Below the pieces are notes generated by a model. It saw only the letters and a program-made list of their open reading frames with translations. It was not told where the DNA came from and ran no database searches. 61,387 nt of DNA from a virus (Duplodnaviria > Caudoviricetes). Shown piece after piece: positions 1-9,643 of this stretch. Location: IMG/VR virus record IMGVR_UViG_3300027721_000016, positions 1-61,387 of that record; one strand, given 5' to 3'. Position numbers and translations under genes: made by a program. Numbering within the stretch: position 1 is the stretch's first letter; each line of letters begins with the position of its first letter.

Positions 1-3
1 CCA

Positions 4-129
4 TCGCGGGTGTCTTATCGCACTTGCTAGATTCGATAGACGTTGCCAAGATGAGCAAAGGCGCGGTCACCACCGCGCATTCCGCAATAACCGCCACGGC
101 CACCAGCGCAGAAATCGATTGCCGAGGAT
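4..129 (+). repeat. 126-bp terminal direct repeat, left copy (assembly circularity overlap)
   Basis: Identical to 61262-61387 (tcgcgggtgtcttatcg...gccgaggat). Confidence 0.97.
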
Positions 130-386
130 TCAATAGCCTGCTAATTCATTGGGTTTCCAACGCAACCGATAAAACCTGGGTAATCAGTATAACTGGGTCC
201 ACAGGAAGCGGTCTAACTTTCGTGCCATTGCTCGACAAAACGACGGGGCTTGCCGCAAGCGAAATCACCACCGACATAAGCGGCTTCTTTGTAATTAGCA
301 ATATACCAGACTACATCAAGATAGTGGCAACCGAAACCGATGATGGTGCAACCGTGACCTGCAAGGTGCAGCCGTTCAATAGTTGA
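24..386 (+). CDS. C-terminal part of the junction-spanning putative virion protein (beta-rich)
   Basis: Same frame as the 60913 ORF across the terminal repeat. Confidence 0.75.
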   Translation: MLDSIDVAKMSKGAVTTAHSAITATATSAEIDCRGFNSLLIHWVSNATDKTWVISITGSTGSGLTFVPLLDKTTGLAASEITTDISGFFVISNIPDYIKIVATETDDGATVTCKVQPFNS

Positions 387-393
387 GGGGCAT

Positions 394-1617
394 ATGGTCA
401 GATCAGCATTGCCACAAAACCATATCATCGATGTGCCTATCCAATATCTAGATTTCCCGGCTCATACAGGATGGACTGTGGATATTGGTGCGGCCTCCAC
501 CGACACGGTAAATTACATATCAGGCGGCTCCGCGATAAAATGTACGGTCACTGCCGCTGGGTCTTGGGGAGTAGCGCGTCGCAAATTGGTAGACCTGGGC
601 ATTCAATCACCAGGCGACTTAAATAATCAGGTTGGATATATATGGGTATATTTATATAATCAAGTCTCTGAATATTCTAAAATTGCAATATATTTCATGC
701 AAGCGGGCGTTGATAGCAATTATGCGATCCAAGAATTGCCATTGAGCGGTCTGGTCCCTGGCTGGAATCAAGTATATATCTCGCCGGATTCATGGAACTA
801 TTACGGCACGGCGTCTGCCGGTGCTGTATTTACCTATATAAAAGTAGGGTGCTTGGGGGCGACCGGGAAAACGCCATCAGCGACATTCGACGCGCTGTAT
901 TTCGGGCAGCGTGGGCGATCAAACTGCATCATCCAATTCGATGATGCATTAGAAACATCCTATACAGTGGGCTACCCTCTATTGGCCGCTGCTGGAATGG
1001 TCGGAACCATAAACGTCATCTCTGACCGGGTGGGCACGACTGGATATATGACGCTTGCCAAACTGCAAGAGCTATATGCTGCCGGTTGGTGCATCGCCAA
1101 CCATTCCAAGAGTCATGCCCATCCGAATGTTGATAATATCGTCGCTGAATTCACTGGCTGCCGAGATTACCTAATCGCAAACGGGATGCCCCGCGGTGCG
1201 TCATATTTCGCATACCCCTATACAGAATGGAGCGCGGCGATGAACACGCTGCTGGCCGCGCAGGGGTGCGTGGTTGCCCGCACTAGCACGAGTTCGCAGA
1301 GATATTTATCATACCCATTCAATACTTCCGGCTCTATGTATGTGCATGGGGTCGGTTATTATCTGTATGACGCAACGACAACGGCAGTGATAGACACCGC
1401 CATCACAAATGCTCTACGTGCTGGCAGATCTATTCTATTTTTTGCTCATGAAGTTGAGGCATCCCCGGCGGGCGGAAACTGCTCGACTGCCAATTTGCAG
1501 TATCTTGTGAATCTAATGATAGCGAAAAACATCAAAGCGATAACGTGGGACGAATGGTACAACGGTCTCGCTAATCCTCGATATAGGTCGCTATCGCCTA
1601 CCAGGACGCCACGATGA
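394..1617 (+). CDS. Polysaccharide deacetylase (CE4/NodB-like) with N-terminal beta-sandwich domain
   Basis: QFDDA, NHSKSH and FAYPY motifs. Confidence 0.8.
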   Translation: MVRSALPQNHIIDVPIQYLDFPAHTGWTVDIGAASTDTVNYISGGSAIKCTVTAAGSWGVARRKLVDLGIQSPGDLNNQVGYIWVYLYNQVSEYSKIAIYFMQAGVDSNYAIQELPLSGLVPGWNQVYISPDSWNYYGTASAGAVFTYIKVGCLGATGKTPSATFDALYFGQRGRSNCIIQFDDALETSYTVGYPLLAAAGMVGTINVISDRVGTTGYMTLAKLQELYAAGWCIANHSKSHAHPNVDNIVAEFTGCRDYLIANGMPRGASYFAYPYTEWSAAMNTLLAAQGCVVARTSTSSQRYLSYPFNTSGSMYVHGVGYYLYDATTTAVIDTAITNALRAGRSILFFAHEVEASPAGGNCSTANLQYLVNLMIAKNIKAITWDEWYNGLANPRYRSLSPTRTPR

Positions 1618-1729
1618 TCGCCGTCTATCTCGCTTGCACGGGTCACCTTCGGCCCGCCTTAGATGCAAAATTACCCAATGACAGGCAGAACGCAAGCTGC
1701 CTACGAGGACCACGAATAGGTGAGTAAAT

Positions 1730-2140
1730 ATGTCAAATTTCGAAACTACATGCACTGTATGCGAAAATGACATTTCAATTACAGAACGGGAAATTAAACT
1801 TGCAATCCAGCACAAAGGAGACACCGGCGGCAAGATCCTGGTAAGCTGCCCGGAATGTTGTAGGGTGCTCGTGATGCCAGCCGACACGCCAGAAGGCAGC
1901 GACTTGGTGCAATGGATCACTGATGTCCAAGATGTGGTATGTGTCCCTATCCTGAATGATGACTATATCAGGATACCAGCCGGAAGAGAAACGTTGCTCG
2001 GAAAAACCAGCTACAAACCAGGCGGCGGTGATCGGTCGTTGGGTAAACGTGCATACATGTTCCGATATGGGATCAATCCCGAATGCGCTCTGGCAAAGAA
2101 CCCGAGCATGGGCGGAAAGCCGTTTAAAATCGGTGACTAA
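1730..2140 (+). CDS. Zn-finger protein
   Basis: CTVC and CPEC pairs; SD ggtga upstream. Confidence 0.6.
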   Translation: MSNFETTCTVCENDISITEREIKLAIQHKGDTGGKILVSCPECCRVLVMPADTPEGSDLVQWITDVQDVVCVPILNDDYIRIPAGRETLLGKTSYKPGGGDRSLGKRAYMFRYGINPECALAKNPSMGGKPFKIGD

Positions 2141-2264
2141 TTATGGCAGATCGGCAATGGAAAAAAGGCGGCGAAATGTTCAAAGAAAAGGACGGCAAAA
2201 AATATCAGCAAATGTGGACCAACAAGCCGCCCGGCCATCAGGAGCCTGTTTGGGTTGAGGTGAA

Positions 2265-2468
2265 ATGATGCCTGATGACATATCCGTCTCAATGGCAGAA
2301 GGAAGCATCGATATCAATGGCTGGAAGGCAACCGGCGTAAGGCTCTATTCGCTCGCGCTGGTTGTGATTCTGGCATATGTGGCGGGATCGTTGTATGTAG
2401 GAGACATATCCGGCTTGAAAGAGATAGCGTTGATTGTAATTGCGTTTTTCTTCGGCAAAAAGGCTTGA
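2265..2468 (+). CDS. Small two-TM membrane protein, holin-like
   Basis: Two hydrophobic segments; C-terminal AFFFGKKA. Confidence 0.55.
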   Translation: MMPDDISVSMAEGSIDINGWKATGVRLYSLALVVILAYVAGSLYVGDISGLKEIALIVIAFFFGKKA

Positions 2469-2474
2469 GGCAAC

Positions 2475-3170
2475 ATGAAAAAAGCATTCATCTTGGCTCC
2501 ACCCTACCAACCGCCCAACGACCTGCCACCTCATGACAACAATGTGGCCCTCTGGCAGGCCACCCTGGCGGCAAGAGGCTTTACATCGATTGTGACAAAA
2601 TCGACTGCTGAGGAAACCATATTGGCCGCCGTGAGATCCAACCTTCCGGCCTTCATGCGGTCGTTGGTCAAAGGTGATCGGTGGGCCATAATCCGCACCG
2701 GTCACGGTTATAGGCAGCTCGACCAAAATGGCGACGAACCGGACGGCTATGATGAGTGTTTGGCATGCAGTGACCTAGGGATGCTGGTAGATGATGGGAT
2801 GGCCACGTGGCTGGCGATGGCACCGGCGGGAACGGTTGGTGACCTGGTAGACGATTTCTGCTATGCAGGGACAGCGGACAAGGCACCGATGCGGAGCCCA
2901 ATACGAGATAGGGTAATTGTGGGATCAGGCACCAAAGCCGCCTATTACAGGTACTGGCAGGCATGTGAGGCGTGGCAAACTGCATGGTGGGGGTATTTTG
3001 GCAGCATGCCGTACACGGTTTTCACAAAATGTCTATGTGACGCATTGGCAGCTAATACATTTGCCCCTGCCACAACCATCTATCAGATCATGAAAAACCG
3101 CCTGACGAGCTTAGAACCGTCCCAGACACCGTTGCTGAGCGGCCCAAATCAGAACACCGTACCATTTTGA
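2475..3170 (+). CDS. Caspase/metacaspase-family (C14) cysteine protease
   Basis: TGHG...DxxGDExDGYDECL and D-F-C-Y-A-G catalytic motifs; C-terminal QTPLL. Confidence 0.82.
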   Translation: MKKAFILAPPYQPPNDLPPHDNNVALWQATLAARGFTSIVTKSTAEETILAAVRSNLPAFMRSLVKGDRWAIIRTGHGYRQLDQNGDEPDGYDECLACSDLGMLVDDGMATWLAMAPAGTVGDLVDDFCYAGTADKAPMRSPIRDRVIVGSGTKAAYYRYWQACEAWQTAWWGYFGSMPYTVFTKCLCDALAANTFAPATTIYQIMKNRLTSLEPSQTPLLSGPNQNTVPF

Positions 3171-3176
3171 GGCTAC

Positions 3177-3539
3177 ATGAATGGGAATCAAGAAAATAAT
3201 GAAATCCTCCGGGCGATTGGGGACCTGGAGGGTACCGTAAAAAGTTTGGTCGAAAGCATCAATGATCAGCATGAAGACCTCAAGGGCGTGCGGGTGACAT
3301 GCCAACGATTTGAAGACTATCGAGAAGCTCGGAAGGATATTCCCACGCAAATAGCGGATCTTAAGGTCGTTGCAAGTGACTATGAAAACAGTAAAAGAGT
3401 GCGCGATGAAAAATATGCTAAGGTAGATTTTTTAGTCAATAATTATAAATTGGTACTTGCGGTAGGATCGGCCCTCTATTTCATTCTAGGACTCTTCGGC
3501 ATAGCGTTCTCGCGGGGGTGGATCAAATGGGGTTTGTAA
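3177..3539 (+). CDS. Coiled-coil protein with C-terminal TM anchor (lysis-cassette type)
   Basis: Heptad-rich N-terminus, hydrophobic C-terminal helix. Confidence 0.6.
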   Translation: MNGNQENNEILRAIGDLEGTVKSLVESINDQHEDLKGVRVTCQRFEDYREARKDIPTQIADLKVVASDYENSKRVRDEKYAKVDFLVNNYKLVLAVGSALYFILGLFGIAFSRGWIKWGL

Positions 3540-3853
3540 TCGATTGGGGGTGGGTGCAAGTCGTTTCTGTCTTGATCGCGTTTGCGGTAGCGGTCATTTT
3601 GCTTCGATACTTGCGAAAAATAAGCATGCTGATGAGGATAGGCATCGTATTGTTTCTGGCATGCCTCGCGATCGCAGACGAATACGCATCAGCCGGGCAG
3701 ACGCCGATCATAGCGCCACCATCAACCCAATTGCAACGGGCTTGCATGACTTTTTTGGATGCGATGGGGCAACCGGACTATGTGCTCTTCCTGTCGAATG
3801 ACTATTGGCCATGTCCATTGAATAATAGCAGTATAGGCAATTATACAGCATGA
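3518..3853 (+). CDS. Membrane protein, two TM segments
   Basis: Hydrophobic stretches separated by RYLRK. Confidence 0.5.
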   Translation: MDQMGFVIDWGWVQVVSVLIAFAVAVILLRYLRKISMLMRIGIVLFLACLAIADEYASAGQTPIIAPPSTQLQRACMTFLDAMGQPDYVLFLSNDYWPCPLNNSSIGNYTA

Positions 3854-4047
3854 GGTAATATGCGACTTGTTGACGTCGATTTCAGAGAAATGCTGAATAC
3901 ATGGCCGGATGATGATATCAGATATCTAATAGATATCTGCAATGAAAAACTTTCGCAGTCACCTTTTAGGCGACAAGGTACATAAAAAGAGGGAAAGTCA
4001 CATGATCTAGGGCGGGCCCTGTAATTGGCTATAGGCTCAGGCCCTTA

Positions 4048-4891
4048 TCATGTTTTTCTGTTGCCGTCCTCATAATCAGGGCAATGCCCATTTCTCCTAA
4101 ACATGGTCTCGCTTTTACATCGTCGGTTCTTCCTGCAATCTTTGCATTTCATATCTTCCTCATCAGTTTGCCCGCCAACCGACCTATCCCTTTCCGGGCG
4201 ATTCTGCGACCTATGGCTTTCGGGCCGCGCTGGATGGCATTCAGGTCGTTGCTCCATGAAAGCAGTCGATAGATTAGGGATTTCAGTTTCATGCAGAGTA
4301 CAACTCCTCCACGGCATCGTTTAATGCGATGCACGCCTTTCGCCACCCTTGCTCGTCGCGGGCATCGATCATTGCTTTGCATTCGCGGTATTTGTGATAT
4401 ACCGCTGCAAGAGCCGCGCGTTTCTCTCCTATGTCAGACATATTATACATGGGGTCTTTCATTCGTCCTCACCATCCGCCGGGCACTTGCCCTCATAAAT
4501 GCAATCACAGCATTCTTGGAAGTCGCTGCCATCCAATTGACAGCACCCGCATCTCTCTTCACCAAAACCGTTCGGATTATCGCAGTAGACTGCGCGGTAC
4601 AGGATGCCGTCGATTAGGAATTGATTCATTGTATCTCCTCATCGTGATTGATACGTTCAAGATTCACAACGGCATTCTTTCCAACTTCATACTGAACATT
4701 TGTTACCCGGAAAACATCACCCGGATTTACTGTTTCTAAGAAGTATGCCTTCATTGCTTCTCATCTCCTTTTGGTAGCCTGACATTAAACCCACAAACCG
4801 GGCAATGTGCATATCTTCTAGCTGGGTTGGGCGCGCGAGGGTTATAGTCCCAGGCGCGCGAGCAGGCGGGGCAGGTTAGGGAAATGGGCAT
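4048..4891 (-). CDS. Chain of six translationally coupled micro-ORFs (4891-4751 Zn ribbon, 4754-4626, 4629-4459 Cys-rich, 4462-4289, 4292-4149, 4152-4048)
   Basis: Each start overlaps the previous stop (TAATG/ATGA); 34-57 aa; SD-like ggag/gagg before several. Confidence 0.7.
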
Positions 4892-5313
4892 TAGACCGCC
4901 CCACCCACACCATCGTAGACATCATCCACGGATACTGGGTGTGCCTTCATCCATTCGGCGGCTATCCGCTCCGCTGGATGGCCGTTTCGGATGGTTCGGT
5001 CTTGCCCTGGTGCCCAAACCTTTCCGGCGGGATACCAATATCCCACCCGCTTCTCTCCAGCGGGTTTCTTGCTGTAGGGATACATGGGATCGTATATCCC
5101 AAAGAGTCCTACATGGGTCGTGGTCGGGCGTTCCAACCCCATGCCAGCGACTGCCTGATCCATCTCATCTATAGATGAGAAGTACATTACGTGAAACATT
5201 TCCTTGTTCCCGGCAACGTATGACTTGTTGCCGGAATTATCGATCACCAGGGCGAAGGATTCTATTTTCGCCCTTATGTCTTCTGGGAATTGCGATCCAA
5301 ATTCTGTTTTCAT
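4891..5313 (-). CDS. Hypothetical protein, first gene of the antisense cassette
   Basis: 140-aa ORF with SD ggag and an upstream TATA. Confidence 0.7.
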   Translation of the reverse strand: MKTEFGSQFPEDIRAKIESFALVIDNSGNKSYVAGNKEMFHVMYFSSIDEMDQAVAGMGLERPTTTHVGLFGIYDPMYPYSKKPAGEKRVGYWYPAGKVWAPGQDRTIRNGHPAERIAAEWMKAHPVSVDDVYDGVGGAV

Positions 5314-5339
5314 CTTAATACATCTCCAATACCCACTAT

Positions 5340-5362
5340 GCTATATATCTATATATACTTAT
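5340..5362 (-). promoter_or_regulatory. Archaeal TATA promoter of the antisense cassette
   Basis: Minus strand aagtatatatagatatatag. Confidence 0.6.
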
Positions 5363-5466
5363 CCCTACCTAATAAACGACCCATTAAGGCCACAATTCCA
5401 GCCTACCAGTACAATTATGCCATCCATGTAGCGAAAGGCTGCCTACGAGGCGCTAGTGAGGTCAAT

Positions 5467-5811
5467 ATGTCGTCTATCCAACTTGTGAATCTAGGAGAAG
5501 TCCAAGCGGGCCTGAAAACGCGACTTGAAGAGATCACTGCGAATCAGGCCAAAGCCGCGAAGCAGATGGCCATCACTGCCAACCAGAACATTCAAGGTAA
5601 TTGCCGGGTCCAAACCGGCGCGTGGCAAAGGTCCTGGTCGGGGCGCGTTGAGGAGATCTCTGAGCTAGAGCATGAGGTAATTGTGGAAAGCAACGGAGCT
5701 GAGCGGTATTACTACCTACAGGAAGCCATAAATCACCCTGGCGCAATTGGATTTCACCAAAGCATCCCGGAAATGACTGAGATTTACAAGCGAAATATGG
5801 GCCTGAAATGA
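5467..5811 (+). CDS. HK97 gp10-like tail completion protein
   Basis: NCRVQTGAWQRS resembles the gp10 PVdTG-LrrS motif; start reassigned to ATG 5467 (SD gaggt). Confidence 0.6.
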   Translation: MSSIQLVNLGEVQAGLKTRLEEITANQAKAAKQMAITANQNIQGNCRVQTGAWQRSWSGRVEEISELEHEVIVESNGAERYYYLQEAINHPGAIGFHQSIPEMTEIYKRNMGLK

Positions 5812-6512
5812 CACCCGAGCAGCAAGTCCTTGAAATTCTACAATCTTGGTCGTCGGATGTCGTTGTATTGCTGAAGCGCGCAGGATACTTTTCGCCGTCC
5901 ATGTCGAAAGTCGCGAAAGAGGAGATCGCGGCCAAAATCGGCTTCGGTAAAGGCACACGGCTCTATAAGCAGCTAGCAACGATGTCAGAGGCGAAAAATT
6001 GGGAAGTAGCCAAGATCGTCCTAACAGAAGAAAACCTAATAGAGCTTAAGCAGGGCGCGCGGCAAGTCGCGAAAGAGCTTGGCGTTCCGTTTTCGGCCTA
6101 TGATTGGAACCCGATAGCTCAGGCCTACTTGAAAAGGGAAGGCTTCCGGCTAGTCAAGACGCTTACGGCAACTGATCTGAAACGACTTGAAGCACAAATG
6201 CAAGCACATTTTGGACTCAATGAGAAGACTTTTGAGAGGCGATTTAGGGAAAACTATCCATGCAGCCCACATAGGACGCGAACTATATTCAGGACTGAAA
6301 AGAATAATGCTCTAAACGGGGGCGCGCATTTAGAAGCGAAATCGGTCGATGCCAAAAAGAAGATTTGGCGGCATAGTCACGGACCTAACCCGCGCAAGGA
6401 TCACCTGGCGATGGACGGCCAAGTGAGAGACATAGATGAGCTTTTCAGCAACGGCAAGCAGTACCCGAATGGAGACCCGAATTGCAGGTGCCGGGCGGAT
6501 TACAAGTTTTAG
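5808..6512 (+). CDS. Minor head protein (Mu gpF / SPP1 gp7 family)
   Basis: RTIFRTE, KIW...R.DH..MDGQ...F...P.NCRC motifs. Confidence 0.8.
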   Translation: MTPEQQVLEILQSWSSDVVVLLKRAGYFSPSMSKVAKEEIAAKIGFGKGTRLYKQLATMSEAKNWEVAKIVLTEENLIELKQGARQVAKELGVPFSAYDWNPIAQAYLKREGFRLVKTLTATDLKRLEAQMQAHFGLNEKTFERRFRENYPCSPHRTRTIFRTEKNNALNGGAHLEAKSVDAKKKIWRHSHGPNPRKDHLAMDGQVRDIDELFSNGKQYPNGDPNCRCRADYKF

Positions 6513-6986
6513 ATATATGGTAGCAGTCCATAGATACCAACTACAAGCAATGAAAAGCTAATCAGTTCGATTACTTGCATTGCGCGAACATTACTGAATG
6601 CATCCCAATAGTCAGCGGTGATGAAATGGCCGCTTAGGAGGCCGAATATTATCCTGGATATTCCGGCTGTGAAACAGAGCCATGCTAAATCGAAATCCAT
6701 CACACCCGCCACCACCACGGCATATTATCATAGATGCTCCATGCTCTGCCCAACTTGCGCCACCCGCACCAGACATATTCGCGTGGCTTGATCACGATTT
6801 CGTAAACGGTTTCTTTCGCAATTGGATGTAAATCCATTGTCATCACCTGAATAGCTGGCTTCTTCCCCTGGTTTCCTTCATCCAGGCGTTTAGCGCCTTT
6901 TCCAGAGTTGAATGCTCGTGTTTCAGCTTGTATTCCGTCAGAAATCGGTGGTTTTCCGATTCAATTTCAGCTAATATTTTTGTCAC
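6509..6986 (-). CDS. Antisense mini-cassette: RHH-like regulator (6986-6843), 47-aa Trp-rich ORF (6843-6700), membrane protein (6700-6509)
   Basis: Coupled small ORFs; upstream promoter-like gaaaactatttc with imperfect inverted repeat attagga/ttctaat. Confidence 0.55.
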
Positions 6987-7036
6987 ATGTTTATTAGGAT
7001 TCTAATTAGAGAAATAGTTTTCGATAGGAGGCAAAT

Positions 7037-7501
7037 ATGTCCAATCCGGCCAATTACATTGCGCTCGTCGTTCAATGTTTCCTAGAAGACGATGCGCTAT
7101 CGGCAAAATTCAACGGAAACATAATACCAGGATTTCAGAGAGTTCTGGCGGATGGTTATCTAAACTCAACGTCGAATCCAACCAAATGCTGCCTAGGAGT
7201 TAGCACCTTGAATCTAAACGAAAACGATTTGGGTGGATGTTCTTTTCATGGCCTATCGGAATACGACCAATTGATTGCGTTTGACTTGATTCACGTGTCT
7301 GACAATGACACCTACGCATGGAGCGCAGCTGCTGAAATCATGCGGCGATTGAAATCACCACTTACGAGCACCCTCGGAGGCGTGAGCTATTCGGTTACGA
7401 AAAAAGGAAACAGCTTGAAGTTTACGCAGGCCAAAGATCCTGCATTTCCAACTTGGATAGAACTTACGGCGACATGCAGACTCGGATATATTGACAGTTG
7501 A
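7037..7501 (+). CDS. Tail terminator-like protein
   Basis: Size and position before the tail tube gene. Confidence 0.5.
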   Translation: MSNPANYIALVVQCFLEDDALSAKFNGNIIPGFQRVLADGYLNSTSNPTKCCLGVSTLNLNENDLGGCSFHGLSEYDQLIAFDLIHVSDNDTYAWSAAAEIMRRLKSPLTSTLGGVSYSVTKKGNSLKFTQAKDPAFPTWIELTATCRLGYIDS

Positions 7502-7701
7502 TTAATATGAGACTAAAAATTAAAAACAACCTACCCCTTCCAGTAGCCACAATCTACCCGGAAGGCGGCGAACCTCTCTATGAAGAGGCAGGAACAGGCA
7601 TACGGCTAACGGCTCAGGATTTCGCGGCCAATGCTGGCTACGAAAGCACTAAGGAATTCTTGGCCGCACTAAAACCAACGGAGGTAACCACATATGGCTG
7701 A
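7498..7701 (+). CDS. Small hypothetical protein in the tail operon
   Basis: ORF overlapping both neighbours. Confidence 0.5.
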   Translation: MINMRLKIKNNLPLPVATIYPEGGEPLYEEAGTGIRLTAQDFAANAGYESTKEFLAALKPTEVTTYG

Positions 7702-9022
7702 AGGACCACAGTCACTGACGACCGCGAGGTTTGCGTTGCAATTTGAAACAACCGGCATCAGGGGGACCACCCCAAGTATCTACATCATCGCGGGTGGAAA
7801 GGTCACACCGACATCGACCAAGGCAACCGACAAGCGGCGGGTGGCCGGCAACCGCGACCCAGTGCTTAGCACCCGAAAGCCAGAAACTTTCAAGTGCTCC
7901 ATGCCGATGCCTGCCCTCATTGAAAGCAATGGGTTGGGTGAGCTGCTTCTTGCCACGTTTGGCACGGATACCACCGGCTCACAGCTCGGATCATCTGATG
8001 CATACGATCACGTATTCACGGCCAACGACACCATAAAGAGCTTTACGCTGTGGATGTACAACACGCTGGCAACCCACAGCGCCAGGCTTTGCACCATCGA
8101 TCAGATGAAGATGGAGATCGACCGCGAGAAGGGCATTGAGTTCGTGTTTGACGTCACTGGGACGGACGTTGTAGTTGATACCAACTTCGGCAGTGCATCA
8201 TATGTTAATGTCGCAACCGATAAGCCAAAGCTCATTCCACCAGGTCAGACCATCCTTGAGTATGGCTCTCCACAGGCCAACGTACAAAACTATTGGGAAA
8301 AGATCACCATAACCAGCAAGGAGAACCCCAAGTACGGCGCACCCGGCAAGGCACCGGTTCCGGCGGGGGCAAGCTCTCCTAAGCTCGTTGTCAAGGGTGA
8401 TAGGGACACCGACATCACCATCGAGATGATAGACACCGATGGCATAGAGTACAAACGGTGGCGCGAAGGCGGCGATACGGTACCAACTGCAACCGCTCAG
8501 GCAGATGTCCAATCCCTCACCAAACTCCGGGTTAGGAGCTTCGGCACACAGACAAAGGCATCAACTGCCTATCCCTGGTATTATGCCCATCAGGCTAATG
8601 TGGGAGCGGTCACACTTGCGATGGGTGGCACGTATACCGCAGGACTGTCCAATACTCCTGCATTCTACGAGATCTACTGCACCACCGACGGCACGCCGGA
8701 TAAATTCAAGTGGCGCAAGAACGGCGGAGCGTGGTCAGCCGAGGTCGAAGTCACCGCAGGGGCAATGACGACCCTGGGAGACGGTTTGGAAGTGACTTTC
8801 TCATCCACAACCGGCATGACGGCAAACGATACGTATTATGTCTTCAGCCATTACCAGCGGATGATAGAATTTACTAGCCCAACCAATGTCATAGAGGATT
8901 TCAACTGGAAGGAATCGACCGACTTCTACAAAGGGACCATCAAGCTCTATGCAGAAGCGGCTCCGGCTGGCACAAAGCCATCCATGACTTTGAGAAATGT
9001 TAAGACATCTGCGTACAGTTAA
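7694..9022 (+). CDS. Major tail tube protein with inserted accessory domain
   Basis: LGELLLATFG..AYDHVFT..KSFTL pattern of siphovirus tube proteins; position upstream of chaperones and tape measure. Confidence 0.75.
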   Translation: MAEGPQSLTTARFALQFETTGIRGTTPSIYIIAGGKVTPTSTKATDKRRVAGNRDPVLSTRKPETFKCSMPMPALIESNGLGELLLATFGTDTTGSQLGSSDAYDHVFTANDTIKSFTLWMYNTLATHSARLCTIDQMKMEIDREKGIEFVFDVTGTDVVVDTNFGSASYVNVATDKPKLIPPGQTILEYGSPQANVQNYWEKITITSKENPKYGAPGKAPVPAGASSPKLVVKGDRDTDITIEMIDTDGIEYKRWREGGDTVPTATAQADVQSLTKLRVRSFGTQTKASTAYPWYYAHQANVGAVTLAMGGTYTAGLSNTPAFYEIYCTTDGTPDKFKWRKNGGAWSAEVEVTAGAMTTLGDGLEVTFSSTTGMTANDTYYVFSHYQRMIEFTSPTNVIEDFNWKESTDFYKGTIKLYAEAAPAGTKPSMTLRNVKTSAYS

Positions 9023-9045
9023 ATTCGTATAAATAGTAACCACCA

Positions 9046-9130
9046 CGGCCAAACCTAGGGTAGCGCACCCGAAACTACGTTCCTGGGTAGCTGGTTTGGC
9101 CGATATTCACAGGAATTTCATATACAGGAG
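9046..9130 (+). ncRNA. C4-like three-way-junction RNA leader with downstream loop-complementary sites
   Basis: 10-bp stem 9046-55/9093-102 enclosing two hairpins; loop gttcctgg is complementary to caggaa (9110) and caggag (9125). Confidence 0.6.
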
Positions 9131-9643
9131 ATGAAAAATATGAGCAACATTGAAAACGATGTAATTGACCCAGAAGATCAGGCAGAACTCCTCATGGAGA
9201 TAACTGGAAAGAAGATTTCAGAAGAAGTAACAATTTTGAATCTGTTGCCAAAGTCCGACAAAGGAAGCGGCTACAGGGTCAAGGTCCGATACCTTCCAGC
9301 AAATGCCGCGTCTAACATGCAGTTTGACGACGGCTCTCCGATCAAGCAGGAAAAGAACCCCAAATTCAAGTATAAGAAAACGATGTCGGAATTTCTAAAG
9401 AAACTTAATGAGCTCTGCCTGAAAAACATAAAACTCATTGACGATTTGAGTTTCCCGGATCACGAATTTCAGAAAGGGGAAATTCGATTTTCTCATCTCG
9501 CGCCTGGTGAATGGACACGATTGAGAGATCTGTGCTTTCCCGGAGCAGATTTCGATACACCCGATAGCGAAATTGAAGATAATGCTCCTATTCGGAAGAG
9601 TGGGAAGGGTGTTCGGAAAGAGCCCGCTCCAGTTGGCGCATGA
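9131..9643 (+). CDS. Tail assembly chaperone
   Basis: Lies between tail tube and tape measure genes; the start may be ATG 9140. Confidence 0.65.
   Translation: MKNMSNIENDVIDPEDQAELLMEITGKKISEEVTILNLLPKSDKGSGYRVKVRYLPANAASNMQFDDGSPIKQEKNPKFKYKKTMSEFLKKLNELCLKNIKLIDDLSFPDHEFQKGEIRFSHLAPGEWTRLRDLCFPGADFDTPDSEIEDNAPIRKSGKGVRKEPAPVGA

Noticed and set aside
1-3. Terminal repeat as true physical genome ends
   Set aside because: The repeat falls mid-gene and the first 3 nt do not match; more consistent with an assembler overlap
4830-4862. ggcgcgcgag direct repeat as a possible guide array
   Set aside because: Lies within the minus-strand 46-aa Zn-ribbon ORF; only two copies
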